Source: a virus (taxonomy: Duplodnaviria; Caudoviricetes). From it: a DNA stretch of 64,000 nt. How positions within the stretch are numbered: the stretch's first letter is position 1; every line of letters begins with the position of its first letter. Shown in pieces: positions 27,859 to 38,800 of the stretch. The notes beneath the pieces are model-generated. The model was given only the letters and a program-made list of their open reading frames with translations, was not told the DNA's origin and did no database searches. A program made the position numbers and the translations under genes. The stretch covers positions 2,948-66,947 of IMG/VR virus record IMGVR_UViG_3300020047_009529. One strand, given 5' to 3'.

Positions 27859-29555
27859 GTGCAATGATTGACATTAATGCTTTGAACCAAGAGATGCAGG
27901 ACTTCAAATCTAAAGGTTGGGTTCCTGAATGGTATACATTAAGTGGTTGGCAAATCTTTCGTGCAGCTTATTGGGTCAAGGCTGAAGAAGCTGTCAGGGG
28001 TAGATTTGAAACTATTTCACGTGTGTTAGCTCGGCATCTACCATTTCCTTATAATGCCCACTATGAAAAGAAATTCTTTTATGAAATGTGGGAAGGACGA
28101 CTATCACCGTCATCACCTGTACTATCAAATACAGGTACTGCTCGTGGTGATCTTGTTAGTTGCTCAGGTCAATTCATTGGTGACTCAGTTAAGTCATTTT
28201 ATTTGAATTTGTTTGAGACAGCTATCTTGTCTAAACGTAACTACGGTACTTCTTGGTATGCAGGTGCTATTCGCCCTCGTGGTTCTAAGTTTGGTGAATC
28301 AGGTAAAGCTAATGGTCAATACGCAGTCATTGAGGATTTCTTTACTTGTACCGAGAAAATTAGCCAAGGTGGGTTACGTAAAGGTGCAGGTGCAGCAAAT
28401 ATTCACTTAGATAGTCCTGACTTTTATGAATGCTTATGGGCATTGAAAAAGAAACCAAAAGGTAAAAACTTTGCTTGGATTGTCACCGATAAAGTTACTG
28501 AATTACTCAAACAAGGTGATCCTGAAATGGGTCAACGATGGAAAGATGCTTTGCATGTTAAAATTCTAACAGGTAAAGGTTATCTATTCTTTGTTGATAA
28601 AGCTAATCGTCACCGTCCTCAAATGTATAAAGACCTAGGTCTTGATATTGTAGCAACAAATCTTTGTACGGAAGTAATGCTACATTCAAGTGAAGAATTA
28701 ACTTATTCCTGTGTATTAGCATCTATGAATGCTGTGCATTGGGATACCATTCAATCAACTGATTCTGTCCGTACAGCTACAGTCTTTTTAGACTGTGTTA
28801 TCAGTGAGTATCTTGAATCAAGTAAAGGTATCGAAGGGCTTGAAAAGATTCATGCCTTTACTAAAAAAGGACGTGCTATTGGTCTTGGTTGGCTTGGTGT
28901 ACACACCTACCTCCAGAAACAGATGATCCCTTATTCATCTTTGGATGCTCAACACGTCAACTATAAGATGTACAAGCATTTGCATGATGAATCCCTTAAA
29001 GCTTCTCAATGGCTTGCAGAGTTGCTTGGTGAACCTGAATGGTGCAAAGGCTATGGTGTTCGTAACACACACCGTACAGCTCAAGCTCCTAACAAGACCA
29101 CTGCAAGTCTTATGGGTGTATCTGAATCAAATGTACCTGAACCTGCCATGGTCTATGCATCTGCATCCATTGCAGGGGAAGTAGATCAGTTGCCTGTAGC
29201 CTTCAAAGACTTTTTGATTGCTAAAGGACAATACACACCTGAAGTCATTCAATCAATCATTGCTAACCTTGGTTCAGTACAGCACTTAGATTGGATGACA
29301 CCACATGAAAAAGCAGTCTTTCGTAATGCCTTTGAAGAAGATCAATGGATCATTCTTCGTCGAGCCAAGCAAAGGCAGAAGTGGTTGTGTCAAGGTCAGT
29401 CACTGAATTTCTTTATCTCAGAAGAAACTCGTGAACAATCTTTGACTGACCTGTTAAGTGCTTGTGTTTTGGAAGAAGATATTTTGTCTGTCTACTACGG
29501 CTATTTTAGGTCAGGTGTGGTAGTCTTAGACGAATGTATTAACTGCCAAGCATAA
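27855..29555 (+). CDS. nrdA: Ribonucleotide reductase class Ia alpha subunit (no ATP cone)
   Basis: SPSSPV..N, VSCSG, TNLCTE, APNKT, YYGY, C-terminal CINCQA. Confidence 0.93.
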   Translation: MSAMIDINALNQEMQDFKSKGWVPEWYTLSGWQIFRAAYWVKAEEAVRGRFETISRVLARHLPFPYNAHYEKKFFYEMWEGRLSPSSPVLSNTGTARGDLVSCSGQFIGDSVKSFYLNLFETAILSKRNYGTSWYAGAIRPRGSKFGESGKANGQYAVIEDFFTCTEKISQGGLRKGAGAANIHLDSPDFYECLWALKKKPKGKNFAWIVTDKVTELLKQGDPEMGQRWKDALHVKILTGKGYLFFVDKANRHRPQMYKDLGLDIVATNLCTEVMLHSSEELTYSCVLASMNAVHWDTIQSTDSVRTATVFLDCVISEYLESSKGIEGLEKIHAFTKKGRAIGLGWLGVHTYLQKQMIPYSSLDAQHVNYKMYKHLHDESLKASQWLAELLGEPEWCKGYGVRNTHRTAQAPNKTTASLMGVSESNVPEPAMVYASASIAGEVDQLPVAFKDFLIAKGQYTPEVIQSIIANLGSVQHLDWMTPHEKAVFRNAFEEDQWIILRRAKQRQKWLCQGQSLNFFISEETREQSLTDLLSACVLEEDILSVYYGYFRSGVVVLDECINCQA

Positions 29556-29571
29556 GGCACTGTCAACAAAG

Positions 29572-29602
29572 AAAGCCGTGTTTTTACACGGTTTTTCCTT
29601 TT
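29572..29602 (+). terminator. Rho-independent terminator
   Basis: AAAGCCGTGT-TTTT-ACACGGTTTT then TCCTTTT. Confidence 0.75.
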
Positions 29603-29621
29603 CTATTGGGTGATACACATC

Positions 29622-30599
29622 ATGGCTACTCGCTACACCAACCGCACTAAGATTCCTTTGTCTGTGGCTCTATGGCTTGCTACAGATTTCTATGATGGAA
29701 ACAGTAGTGATCCTAATACATTTAGTGTTACTACACTTTTGAAAACTACCCGTCAAATCATTCTTACACGGAGACTTGAGCATACAGTTATTGACGTAGC
29801 AGATTTAATTGCTGCATCTGTTGGTACAAGTTTTCATGATGCAATTGAAACAGCATGGCGTAATCACAAAATAAAAGATGTATTACTACAATTAGGTTTT
29901 AGTGCTGAATCAATCAATCTCATTAAGATTAATCCAACTGAACCAACAAAAGAAGGTGATATTGTTGTTTGGTTAGAGCAACGTATTTACCGTAAAATAG
30001 GTAAGTACACTATTTCAGGTAAGTTTGACTTTATTGGTGATGGTATACTTGAAGACCATAAATCCACATCTGTCTATAATTGGATGAATGGTAACATGGA
30101 TGAAAAATATCGTATGCAAGGTAGCATCTATCGTTGGATTGCACCTGATAAAATTACCAAGAATACAATGAAGATTAACTTTCTGTTTACTGATTGGAAA
30201 AGGGTAGAACGGTATAAACAAAATTACCCTAAGAATAAAATTGACAATAAATCTTATGAATTAATTCCTATGGTTGCTGTCGAAACATTTTTAACTAACA
30301 AGCTTCAAGAGATTGAAAATAACTTATTAAAACCTGAATCAGAGTTACCTGAGTGTACTGATGATGAATTATGGCGGGGTAAACCCGTCTATAAATATTA
30401 TACTAATCCAATGAAAATGGCTCGTAGTAACGGCAACTTTGATACTTATCAAGAAGCAATGCTACACCAAGCATCTAAAGGTGTTGGAATTGTTAAAGAG
30501 GTTAAAGGTAAGGCAAGGGCTTGTCTGTATTGTTCGGCTTTTGCCGTATGCACGCAGAAAGATCGTTTGATTCAACAAGGTATTCTTGAAGTAGAGTGA
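29622..30599 (+). CDS. PD-(D/E)XK / Cas4-like exonuclease (N4 gp42-like)
   Basis: ISGKFDFI...LEDHKST, C-terminal CLYC...C. Confidence 0.8.
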   Translation: MATRYTNRTKIPLSVALWLATDFYDGNSSDPNTFSVTTLLKTTRQIILTRRLEHTVIDVADLIAASVGTSFHDAIETAWRNHKIKDVLLQLGFSAESINLIKINPTEPTKEGDIVVWLEQRIYRKIGKYTISGKFDFIGDGILEDHKSTSVYNWMNGNMDEKYRMQGSIYRWIAPDKITKNTMKINFLFTDWKRVERYKQNYPKNKIDNKSYELIPMVAVETFLTNKLQEIENNLLKPESELPECTDDELWRGKPVYKYYTNPMKMARSNGNFDTYQEAMLHQASKGVGIVKEVKGKARACLYCSAFAVCTQKDRLIQQGILEVE

Positions 30600-30606
30600 G
30601 GTTAGT

Positions 30607-32769
30607 ATGGACAATCTGAAATTCCATCCCCTGTCAGAGAACATTGTCACTGCCTTAATGGCAAAAGCTCAAAACAATGAGCGGCAATTCTTTCGTATGC
30701 AAGTAGCATATTTTATTGGGACAGTGGCAGCTCAAATGCATGTACACATTCAAGGATGGGGTAGTGATAAAATCCCTGTCAATATGTACACCTTGAATCT
30801 TGCACCATCAGGTGCAGGTAAAGGCATGTCTACAGGTGTCTTGAAAGGTATGCTTAAACCTTTCTATGAGAACTTCTTTGACACTACAGTGCCTATCGTC
30901 TCGGATAAAACCTTGACAGCAGAAGCCGCTAAACGTAGCGGTAACAAAGGTACATCTGAAGAAGATGAACGAGCCAAGTTAGATAAAGAATATGCAGAGC
31001 TTGGTGCTATCCCTGTTGCATTTGACTCTGTTGGTTCAGCAGCAGCTATCAAACAGTTACGTCATAAAATCCAAATGACTTCGCTTGGTTCAATCAATTT
31101 ACAGATTGATGAAATTGGTGCAAACCTTGTAGGTCAAACAGAAGCACTCAATACTTTTATTGAGCTGTATGACTTAGGGATTGTATTAGATAAATTGATT
31201 AAGAGTAACAAAGAGAATTTGCGTACTCAAAAGATTGATCGTAATACACCTGCAAATATGCTTTTGTTTGGTGTTCCTCAAAAGCTGTTTGATGGTTCAA
31301 ATACCGAGAAAGAATTTTATTCTATGCTTAGTATGGGTTATGCACGCCGTTGCTTCTTTGGTTTGGTTGATAATGTAAACCAAACTACTGAACAGCTAAC
31401 AGCAGAGCAACTACTGGAACAGATGTTTAATGAAGATAACGATCTGTTGATTGCTAAAACTGCAAATGATTTTGCACGCTTAGCAGATGTTGCATGGGCT
31501 AATGCAATCATCAAAATTGAAAAGCCACAGTGCCTAAAACTCATTGAGTACAAGATGCATTGTAAGGTACGTGCTAATGCACTACCACCTCATAAAGATG
31601 TAGAAATTAGTGAAATGGAACATCGCTATTTCAAAGTACTTAAATTAGCAGGTGCTTATGCATTTACTGACTTTAGCCCGATCATTACCAATGACCACTT
31701 GGATTATGCCATTGCTTTAGCAGAAGACTCAGGTGAAGCTTTCTCCCGTATCATTAACCCTAAGCGGCCTTATGTGCGTTTAGCTGAGTACTTGATGCAT
31801 TCAGGCACAGAATCAACTATGTCTGACTTAGAAGAAGCTTTACCTTTTATGCGTGGTTCACAGAATCACCGTAATGAGTTAATCATGATGGCAGGTTCAT
31901 GGGGTATCAAGAATGGTATCTTATTGAGTAAGGCTTATGTAGACAACATTTTATTCTTGTCTGCTAAGTCTATTCCTGAAACTGACTTGGACAAGGTCAT
32001 CTGTTCATACAGTTTTAGTGAAACTCAAGGCTATAATTCAAAAGTAATGAAAGCAAAACATATTGCTCAATTACTCAAGATGCCTGAAAAGAAGGAAGGC
32101 ACTCCTGCTGCTTACATGCATTGGCTCAATCACCATGTCAGTGATGGTTATCGTAGTGACAGTAATATTGTACCTAATTTTAATATGTTGGTATTTGATA
32201 TTGATGGAACAGCATCTATTCAATTTGTACAACAAATCTTTAAAGATTATGAGTACATCATTGGTACTACAAAAAGCCATACTGAAACAGTGCATCGTTT
32301 CCGTTTGATCTTTTTTAGTAATTATATCCTCTCATTAAATACAGAGGATTACCGAAGTTTCATGAACAGCATTATGGAATCACTTCCTATTGTAGTTGAT
32401 GATGCATCGAACCAACGAGTCAAGAAATGGCTTACCAATCCCTTGGGTGATGTATATGTCAATCACGGTAAGTTATTTGACGTACTCCCATTCATCCCAA
32501 AGACTGCTAAAAACGATGAGCATAAATCTACCATGCTTGAACAAACCAATCTCGATAACCTTGAGCGTTGGGTATTGAACAATACTGGTGATGGTAATCG
32601 TAATAAACAGTTATTCAAATACGCAATGATCTTGCGTGATGCAGGTAAATCATTCGACGACATTCGGAATGCTGTTATTGTTCTGAATGATAAGTTGAAA
32701 GATAAATTACCTGAGAGTGAACTGTACACTACAGTTTTCTACAGCCTTAGCAAATCAATGGGTGTGTAA
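30607..32769 (+). CDS. DNA primase (N4 gp43-like)
   Basis: APSGAGKG, IDEIG, VFDIDG, TKSHTE...RFR, C-terminal PriCT-like GDGNRNKQLFKYA; 720 aa. Confidence 0.88.
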   Translation: MDNLKFHPLSENIVTALMAKAQNNERQFFRMQVAYFIGTVAAQMHVHIQGWGSDKIPVNMYTLNLAPSGAGKGMSTGVLKGMLKPFYENFFDTTVPIVSDKTLTAEAAKRSGNKGTSEEDERAKLDKEYAELGAIPVAFDSVGSAAAIKQLRHKIQMTSLGSINLQIDEIGANLVGQTEALNTFIELYDLGIVLDKLIKSNKENLRTQKIDRNTPANMLLFGVPQKLFDGSNTEKEFYSMLSMGYARRCFFGLVDNVNQTTEQLTAEQLLEQMFNEDNDLLIAKTANDFARLADVAWANAIIKIEKPQCLKLIEYKMHCKVRANALPPHKDVEISEMEHRYFKVLKLAGAYAFTDFSPIITNDHLDYAIALAEDSGEAFSRIINPKRPYVRLAEYLMHSGTESTMSDLEEALPFMRGSQNHRNELIMMAGSWGIKNGILLSKAYVDNILFLSAKSIPETDLDKVICSYSFSETQGYNSKVMKAKHIAQLLKMPEKKEGTPAAYMHWLNHHVSDGYRSDSNIVPNFNMLVFDIDGTASIQFVQQIFKDYEYIIGTTKSHTETVHRFRLIFFSNYILSLNTEDYRSFMNSIMESLPIVVDDASNQRVKKWLTNPLGDVYVNHGKLFDVLPFIPKTAKNDEHKSTMLEQTNLDNLERWVLNNTGDGNRNKQLFKYAMILRDAGKSFDDIRNAVIVLNDKLKDKLPESELYTTVFYSLSKSMGV

Positions 32770-32803
32770 TACACCCTTCTGTTGAACCAAAGAGGAAAGG
32801 ATT

Positions 32804-33559
32804 ATGAGTGATCAACAAGCTCAACAAACACAGGGAGATTTTAATGATCTGCTTGTAATGATTGTTGGTGAATCTGCTACAGGTAAATCTGCTTCACTAC
32901 AGAAGCTGAAAGACCCTAAGACAGTGTTGTATCTCAACTGCGAGAACAACAAGCGATTACCATTTCCATCACAGTTTCATCAACGCAGCATTACTGATCC
33001 AATGAGTGTATATCAGTTTTTTACTGCATTTGATGCAGCATCAAATTTGAATACCCTTGTCATTGATACATTGACTTTTCTCATGAATCTTTATGAGTCT
33101 GTCTATGTAGCTAATGCAGCAGATGGGCGTTCAGCATGGGCAAACTACGGTAACTTTTTCCGTACCCTTATGTCTCAGTATGTAGCTAAATCGAAGAAGG
33201 TTGTTGTCTTCTTGGCTCACACACGTAACGACAAAGATAGTTATGGACGTATCACAGCCAAAGTACCTGTTAAAGGCTCATTGCAAAATGAAGGTATCGA
33301 AGCATTTTTTAGCTGCATCATTGCTGCTAAGAAAGTCCCATTGATTGATCTTCTTAAATACAAGAACCCACTGCTGACTATCACACCTGATGACGAAGTA
33401 GTTGGATATAAGCATGTGTTTCAAACACGGCTTACCAAAGAAACTACAGGTGAGTCTATTCGTTACCCTATGGGCATGTGGTCTGTAGAAGAAACCTTCA
33501 TTGACAACAATCTTCAATTTGTCATTGATCGTCTGAAGCAGTACTATAACATTCCTTGA
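32804..33559 (+). CDS. AAA ATPase (N4 gp44/Sak4-like)
   Basis: GESATGKS, LVIDTLTFLM, KGSLQNEGIEAFF. Confidence 0.85.
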   Translation: MSDQQAQQTQGDFNDLLVMIVGESATGKSASLQKLKDPKTVLYLNCENNKRLPFPSQFHQRSITDPMSVYQFFTAFDAASNLNTLVIDTLTFLMNLYESVYVANAADGRSAWANYGNFFRTLMSQYVAKSKKVVVFLAHTRNDKDSYGRITAKVPVKGSLQNEGIEAFFSCIIAAKKVPLIDLLKYKNPLLTITPDDEVVGYKHVFQTRLTKETTGESIRYPMGMWSVEETFIDNNLQFVIDRLKQYYNIP

Positions 33560-33642
33560 TGACAGGGGCTTTCAGCCCTTGTTTGCTTTATCCCTTTAAT
33601 CACAACAGCAGTATGCTGACTTTTCACACTGAGGACACATCC

Positions 33643-34380
33643 ATGAATCCATTTGGTTCACTTCCAACTGCAAATGCAAACAAACCTGAAGATCGTCTTC
33701 CTGGTTTTGAGCTGCCACCAACTGACATCTATGCATTCATCATCAAAGCTGCATACATGCAATCAACAGCCAAAGGTGGCAAGTCTATTACTTATCTGTT
33801 GAAAGATGCACAAGGTAAAGACTTTAGTCACACGGTCTATCCAACATCTGCCAAATCAGGTACTGAAAAACCAACTTACACTGACAAAGACGGTAACGAG
33901 CAATATCTTGCAGGTTACATCATTGCAGATGATATTGCAGTGATCTGTACAGGCAATCCTTTGGGTGCATTGGCAACTACTGAAACTGTCTTTGACATCA
34001 TGGACACTAAACAGAAAAAGAAAGTACCTACCAAAGTGCTTTCATTTCCTGAGTTGAATGATCGCAAAATCTGCTTGGCAATTGAGCGGTCTATTGAAAA
34101 CCGTCAACGCATGAATGAGTCAACTAAGCAATACGAAACTATTGCTGAAACTCGCCAAGTGCAAGAACTGATCAAAGCCCTCAATGCTGATCAATACACT
34201 GTCAATGAAGTTGCTGCACAAGCTGAATCCCCTGCATGGGCTACTGCATGGCTCAAGTCATTCAAAGGTAAAGACCGTAACAAAACAAAAGCCGTTGCTG
34301 CTTCTGGCCTAGTTTCTGGTTTACCTACGAGTGAAACCACACCTACTACCCCCAATGTTGACATTAGTTTTGTTGACTAA
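33643..34380 (+). CDS. Single-stranded DNA-binding protein (N4 gp45-like)
   Basis: Syntenic with N4 gp45; YTDKDGNEQYLAGY; acidic C-terminus; start ATG 33643. Confidence 0.8.
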   Translation: MNPFGSLPTANANKPEDRLPGFELPPTDIYAFIIKAAYMQSTAKGGKSITYLLKDAQGKDFSHTVYPTSAKSGTEKPTYTDKDGNEQYLAGYIIADDIAVICTGNPLGALATTETVFDIMDTKQKKKVPTKVLSFPELNDRKICLAIERSIENRQRMNESTKQYETIAETRQVQELIKALNADQYTVNEVAAQAESPAWATAWLKSFKGKDRNKTKAVAASGLVSGLPTSETTPTTPNVDISFVD

Positions 34381-34396
34381 GTAGTAAACCTTTCTT

Positions 34397-34422
34397 AGGG
34401 GCTTAACTGCCCCTTTCTTTTT
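34397..34422 (+). terminator. Rho-independent terminator
   Basis: AGGGGC-TTAACT-GCCCCT then TTCTTTTT. Confidence 0.8.
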
Positions 34423-34442
34423 GAACCAAGGAACAAAGCACC

Positions 34443-34775
34443 ATGACTACTGAACAAGTTACCGATCAATCCCCTGATCACAGCATCGTACATACTGAAG
34501 TCCCTGAAGGGTATCAGGAGATTACCGATGCACAGGTCATTGGGCAGATGGTTGTTGCATGGCATACCCAAGCGGTAAACCGTGTACGTACAATGGCAAA
34601 TATTCCCGATCATGTGGCTATTGAAGAAACTGATCCACAAACAGGAATTGTCACTATCTACACCCCCGAACAAGTTCGTGCTTATCGACAGGGTATGCTG
34701 TATGCCCTTGAAGGCTTTGAGCAACTCCCCTTCTTAGTGACTACCACACCTGAACCAGAAGAATCAGCTCCATGA
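34443..34775 (+). CDS. Conserved N4-like hypothetical protein (gp46-like)
   Basis: WH......R.M..IP...G...AL..F..LPF pattern; synteny. Confidence 0.65.
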   Translation: MTTEQVTDQSPDHSIVHTEVPEGYQEITDAQVIGQMVVAWHTQAVNRVRTMANIPDHVAIEETDPQTGIVTIYTPEQVRAYRQGMLYALEGFEQLPFLVTTTPEPEESAP

Positions 34776-35293
34776 TTGTTATTGGGTTTGATCCTTCTAT
34801 GTGTAATTGGGGATATGCTGTAGCTCAAGTTACAGATAAAGTAACTCCAATTGCACTAGGGGTTATCACTGTAACAGGTGAAGGACGATCCACAACTGAA
34901 CAGTACATTAATCATTCTGCTAAACTATTTGCAGGTGTGATTGATGTACTTAGTAAGTATTCCATTAAGACAATCATTGCTGAAACCCCAACAGGTTCAC
35001 AATCATTTGCTTCTGCAAAGTCGTATGCCCTTGTCAATGGGTTACTTGGTGTTTTGACTACTCAAGGTTTTAATGTCATATTGGTAAAGCCTAATGACTT
35101 AAAAAATACAGTAGGTAATCGTACTGCTACAAAAGTGGATATGATTAATTGGGTAATTCAAAAATACCCAAACATTGCACTTCCCAAACACAATGGTAAA
35201 GTAGTACTATCCAAGTCTGAACACATGTGTGATGCATTAATAGCAATTCACACTGCAATAAACCTTAATCTTTTTGGGAAACCTCAATCATGA
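34772..35293 (+). CDS. RuvC-like Holliday junction resolvase
   Basis: IGFDPS, IIAETP, ATKVDMI.W, EHMCDA. Confidence 0.85.
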   Translation: MIVIGFDPSMCNWGYAVAQVTDKVTPIALGVITVTGEGRSTTEQYINHSAKLFAGVIDVLSKYSIKTIIAETPTGSQSFASAKSYALVNGLLGVLTTQGFNVILVKPNDLKNTVGNRTATKVDMINWVIQKYPNIALPKHNGKVVLSKSEHMCDALIAIHTAINLNLFGKPQS

Positions 35294-35679
35294 ATCTGAT
35301 CTCGACTATCCAACTGTCTGCTGAAGATGTTGCAACTGCATTGGCAAATCACATCAAAGCTGCATATCCACAAGTACAACCTGAAGTGTTGGTCACAACT
35401 GTTGAAGGTACAACTGGTCAATACAGTATTACGGCATCTATCAGTCAAGCACCTGCTGCACCTGCCAAAGCCAAAGGTAAACGTGGTGGTCGTCCACGTA
35501 AGAATGCAGTCACTGAAGTTGCTCAATCAGTAGATACTACTGCTGTACTGACTGATCCTGACTCACCTGTTTCTTCACCTTACTTGGATCAAGTAGCGGA
35601 TGAAGCTCCTGTTGAAGTTGAAGTTGAAACTGCATCGGTATTTGCTGATGCACCTGCTGACGTTTCGTTCATTGATTAA
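35290..35679 (+). CDS. Hypothetical protein with AT-hook-like basic patch
   Basis: KAKGKRGGRPRK and an acidic tail. Confidence 0.7.
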   Translation: MNLISTIQLSAEDVATALANHIKAAYPQVQPEVLVTTVEGTTGQYSITASISQAPAAPAKAKGKRGGRPRKNAVTEVAQSVDTTAVLTDPDSPVSSPYLDQVADEAPVEVEVETASVFADAPADVSFID

Positions 35680-35858
35680 TGATGCAACTCTTTTGGTACT
35701 TGTTAGGACTATTCATCTTAGCAAGTACCTTGGTTGTGGTAATTTATCACATTGCTGTATTCATTGCTAAAGTGTTAATGGTTATTATAAGTGTTTCTGG
35801 ACTTGTATTAATCTACATTGTTACACATTGGATTATATCCAAACAAAAACCCCCCTAA
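35679..35858 (+). CDS. 59-aa two-TM membrane protein (not in ORF track)
   Basis: TAATG coupling; MMQLFWYLLGLFILASTLVVVIYHIAVFIAKVLMVIISVSGLVLIYIVTHWIISKQKPP. Confidence 0.6.
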   Translation: MMQLFWYLLGLFILASTLVVVIYHIAVFIAKVLMVIISVSGLVLIYIVTHWIISKQKPP

Positions 35859-35876
35859 CTAAGGGGGGTTTCTTTA
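35845..35876. terminator. Bidirectional terminator between middle and late units
   Basis: AAACCCCCCT-AACTA-AGGGGGGTTT. Confidence 0.85.
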
Positions 35877-38800
35877 TTAGAAGCCTAACAACATTTTAAT
35901 TGGGAAAGGCTCTATAGCTGCTGAAGGTACACCAAGAATTGATGGAGTAAATGGATTACCAATACCACCCAACATACTTGCATCAAGAGCACCTACATAA
36001 TTACCTGAAGCTGCAAGGAATGTTTGAGCCAAAGAAGTAGTAGGATAATTCTTCAATAGATAGAACATAGCTCGTTGAATACGGATGTAGTACTTAGTAA
36101 ACATCACTAAACCCATATCATTGAGATACTGTAATTGCGGTGACGTAGGTACATCATACGCAATAAACAGTTTATCTGCTAAACGAATACCCTCCTCATG
36201 AGTCCCTCCTTCACGTAAGGTTACTTGCTTATACGCAACATACTTAGCCATAAAGTCACTAAATTGTGTGGCATTGGATAAGAATTCGTATGCAGGTGTA
36301 CCTGGTGCCACTACAGCCCATTTAGCGGCTGTCTTAACTCCTTTAGGAATAAAGGCTGTCTTTTGGTCTATTGCATCTGCAAACTTAGTTGTGTATGCAT
36401 ACTCATCTTGACCACTATCCAAATCCTCAACAATCGTAGGCAACATCCCTGCTGCAATAAACTCTTTCAATGGATTACGATTCAGCGAATCATTTACCCG
36501 ATTAAGCTCATTACGAATTTCAGTTGGATTACCAACACCTACAAGTAAGTTCTGTTCAAGACTGACTTTACGGCTCATATCTTTACGGTATTGAGTACCT
36601 GCACGTAAAGCTTCAATACTATCTTCAACAATACTCTTAGGATTAATACCACGAGCCATGAGAATAGACATATTGTTTGTTTGGTTTCCTAACAATGTAC
36701 TGATGTTACGAATAACAATTACGTTTTTAACCACAGCCATAATGTCTTGAATAGCTTGTTCAGCTTTCATGGCTTTAGCTTTAGGATTATTACGCAATAA
36801 TACATTCACCATTTGTACAGTAAAGTTTTCAACTGTATTCCGCAAATCAGGGTCTTTATCAAACATGTTACCAATAGTCAGTTTCTGAAAACCAAACACA
36901 GGACGTAACAAATCAGTACGGATCATCAATGGTGTCTCACCATACAAACCATTTACGTATGCCTTAGTTTTATCAGGTAACAACTTATACAATTCAGCAA
37001 CTCTTGGATCATCTGAATTAGGACTTACTTCAGTAAACTTATGACGTTGTCTATCCCCATAAGCTGCCCAATCTTTATGAATCATATCAAACACAGCTTT
37101 ATTGTGTGTTGGTGTATGACTCTTATCGAAGATACCCCCTTTGTATGTACCTAAGAGAGTAGCAAAGTCATTGTTACGCTCAAGCACACTTGAATCACGT
37201 ACAGCATGGGACATCTCATAGCGATAGTCCATAATAGAACCATCATTGCGATATACAGGAATCACACTTGATGTTTCCATCCTTGGATCATAGCTGTCTG
37301 CTTTAGCGGCCTTAGCTGCTAAGCCTTTACGCATACGAGAAGCAGCTAATTGGTGAGCTACAGCCAAGCCTTTAGGGGTAAGATCATCTTTATTACCTTT
37401 AAAGATTGAAGTACCTTTACGGGCTGTATTCGTGATACTGACTGCTGCTGTAACGAACCGTTGACGTACACTTACATCAGTGGCATACATTGCACGCACA
37501 TCACCTGTAAATGGATCATTCTTGTCCATCTTCAAATCAGCTACTTTCTTAAACCCTAAGCGAATCAAATCAGCTTCTTCTTCTTTAGAAGTAGCAATTG
37601 AAATCTCTTTATGTCGGTTAGTAATTTCAGGTAAATAACCATCAATCATGTTTGTAGTGCTTGATTGGAATAAGGTATCTTTCGATTCCTTAATCATTGA
37701 GCCATGATACTGAAGTACAGTACTCATAGCACTTTGGTTACTCTCAAGTAGTTTTACGATTAATTGACGTTGAGATTGATCCATGTACCTAATTGCATGA
37801 AATGCTGCATACTGATCAATCAAATTCACAACATCTTTAGCTGCAACATCATAGTAGTTCTCCAAACCTACATTACGTGCAATAGCATCACTGTTTTTAG
37901 CAAGAGCTGTACGGCCTTCACCTTTAATTTGATATATTGCTAAGTCTTTAGCACGTACTTTATACACCTCACTATCTTCATATTGATTTAACTCTTTAGT
38001 TAATTCAGCAATAGCTTTGTCAACAACAGCATTAGATTTGAAAGCTTCAGTAATACCTTTAATACCAATATGCTTTAACATGACTTGCATGTTAGTACGC
38101 AACATACCTGCACTAATTGCATTACGTTCCTCTTTAGTCAACTTGTTATCAAACAAACTTAACAAGTCAGATTTAGTAACGTCAATTAAACGCTTACGAT
38201 GTTGCTGCAATACGTTGTGCTTACGAATTAAATCGTACACAGCTTCACGCATTGTACTTGGTTCAGCAAACTCAGAGAGTAATTCAGCAGCCATACCATA
38301 AGGTTTACCAGAATGCCAAAAGTCTCTCCAATCCTGCATAACTCGCATGTCTTCCATGAAGTTACCACGGAGAATACTTTGAACTACTTTAGTACTTCCA
38401 CGTACACTACCGCGCTTAGACTTAGCCATCCCATTAAGTAAGTCTGCACCTTTCTTACCAAACAATTGACCATAAGCATTACTTACTGCTTGTGCAGAGC
38501 TGATCCGATCAAGCACCTGATTAATTAAACCATCTTTACGTTGGTTCTTAATCTCAATAAGCTGCTTAGCAAGAATAGGTAATTTACCACTTGCAGTATC
38601 AGTACGAAGTGTACGGGTCAAATAACCATTAACCCAATTCATAATTGAGTTGATAAATGATGTCAGCTTTTCATAGTAAGATTTTTTAGTACTGCTACGC
38701 TCCCGTGTACTTACTACAGTATCCATAAGCTCACGCACTTCTTTTGAACCAAGCGAAGCAGCAATGAACTTAGACATGTAGTCACTACGACCGTTAGATG

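Noticed and set aside
26012-29555. thyX-nrdB-nrdA cluster as a sign of modified-base DNA
   Set aside because: Ordinary nucleotide-supply genes; no base-modification enzymes were recognised.
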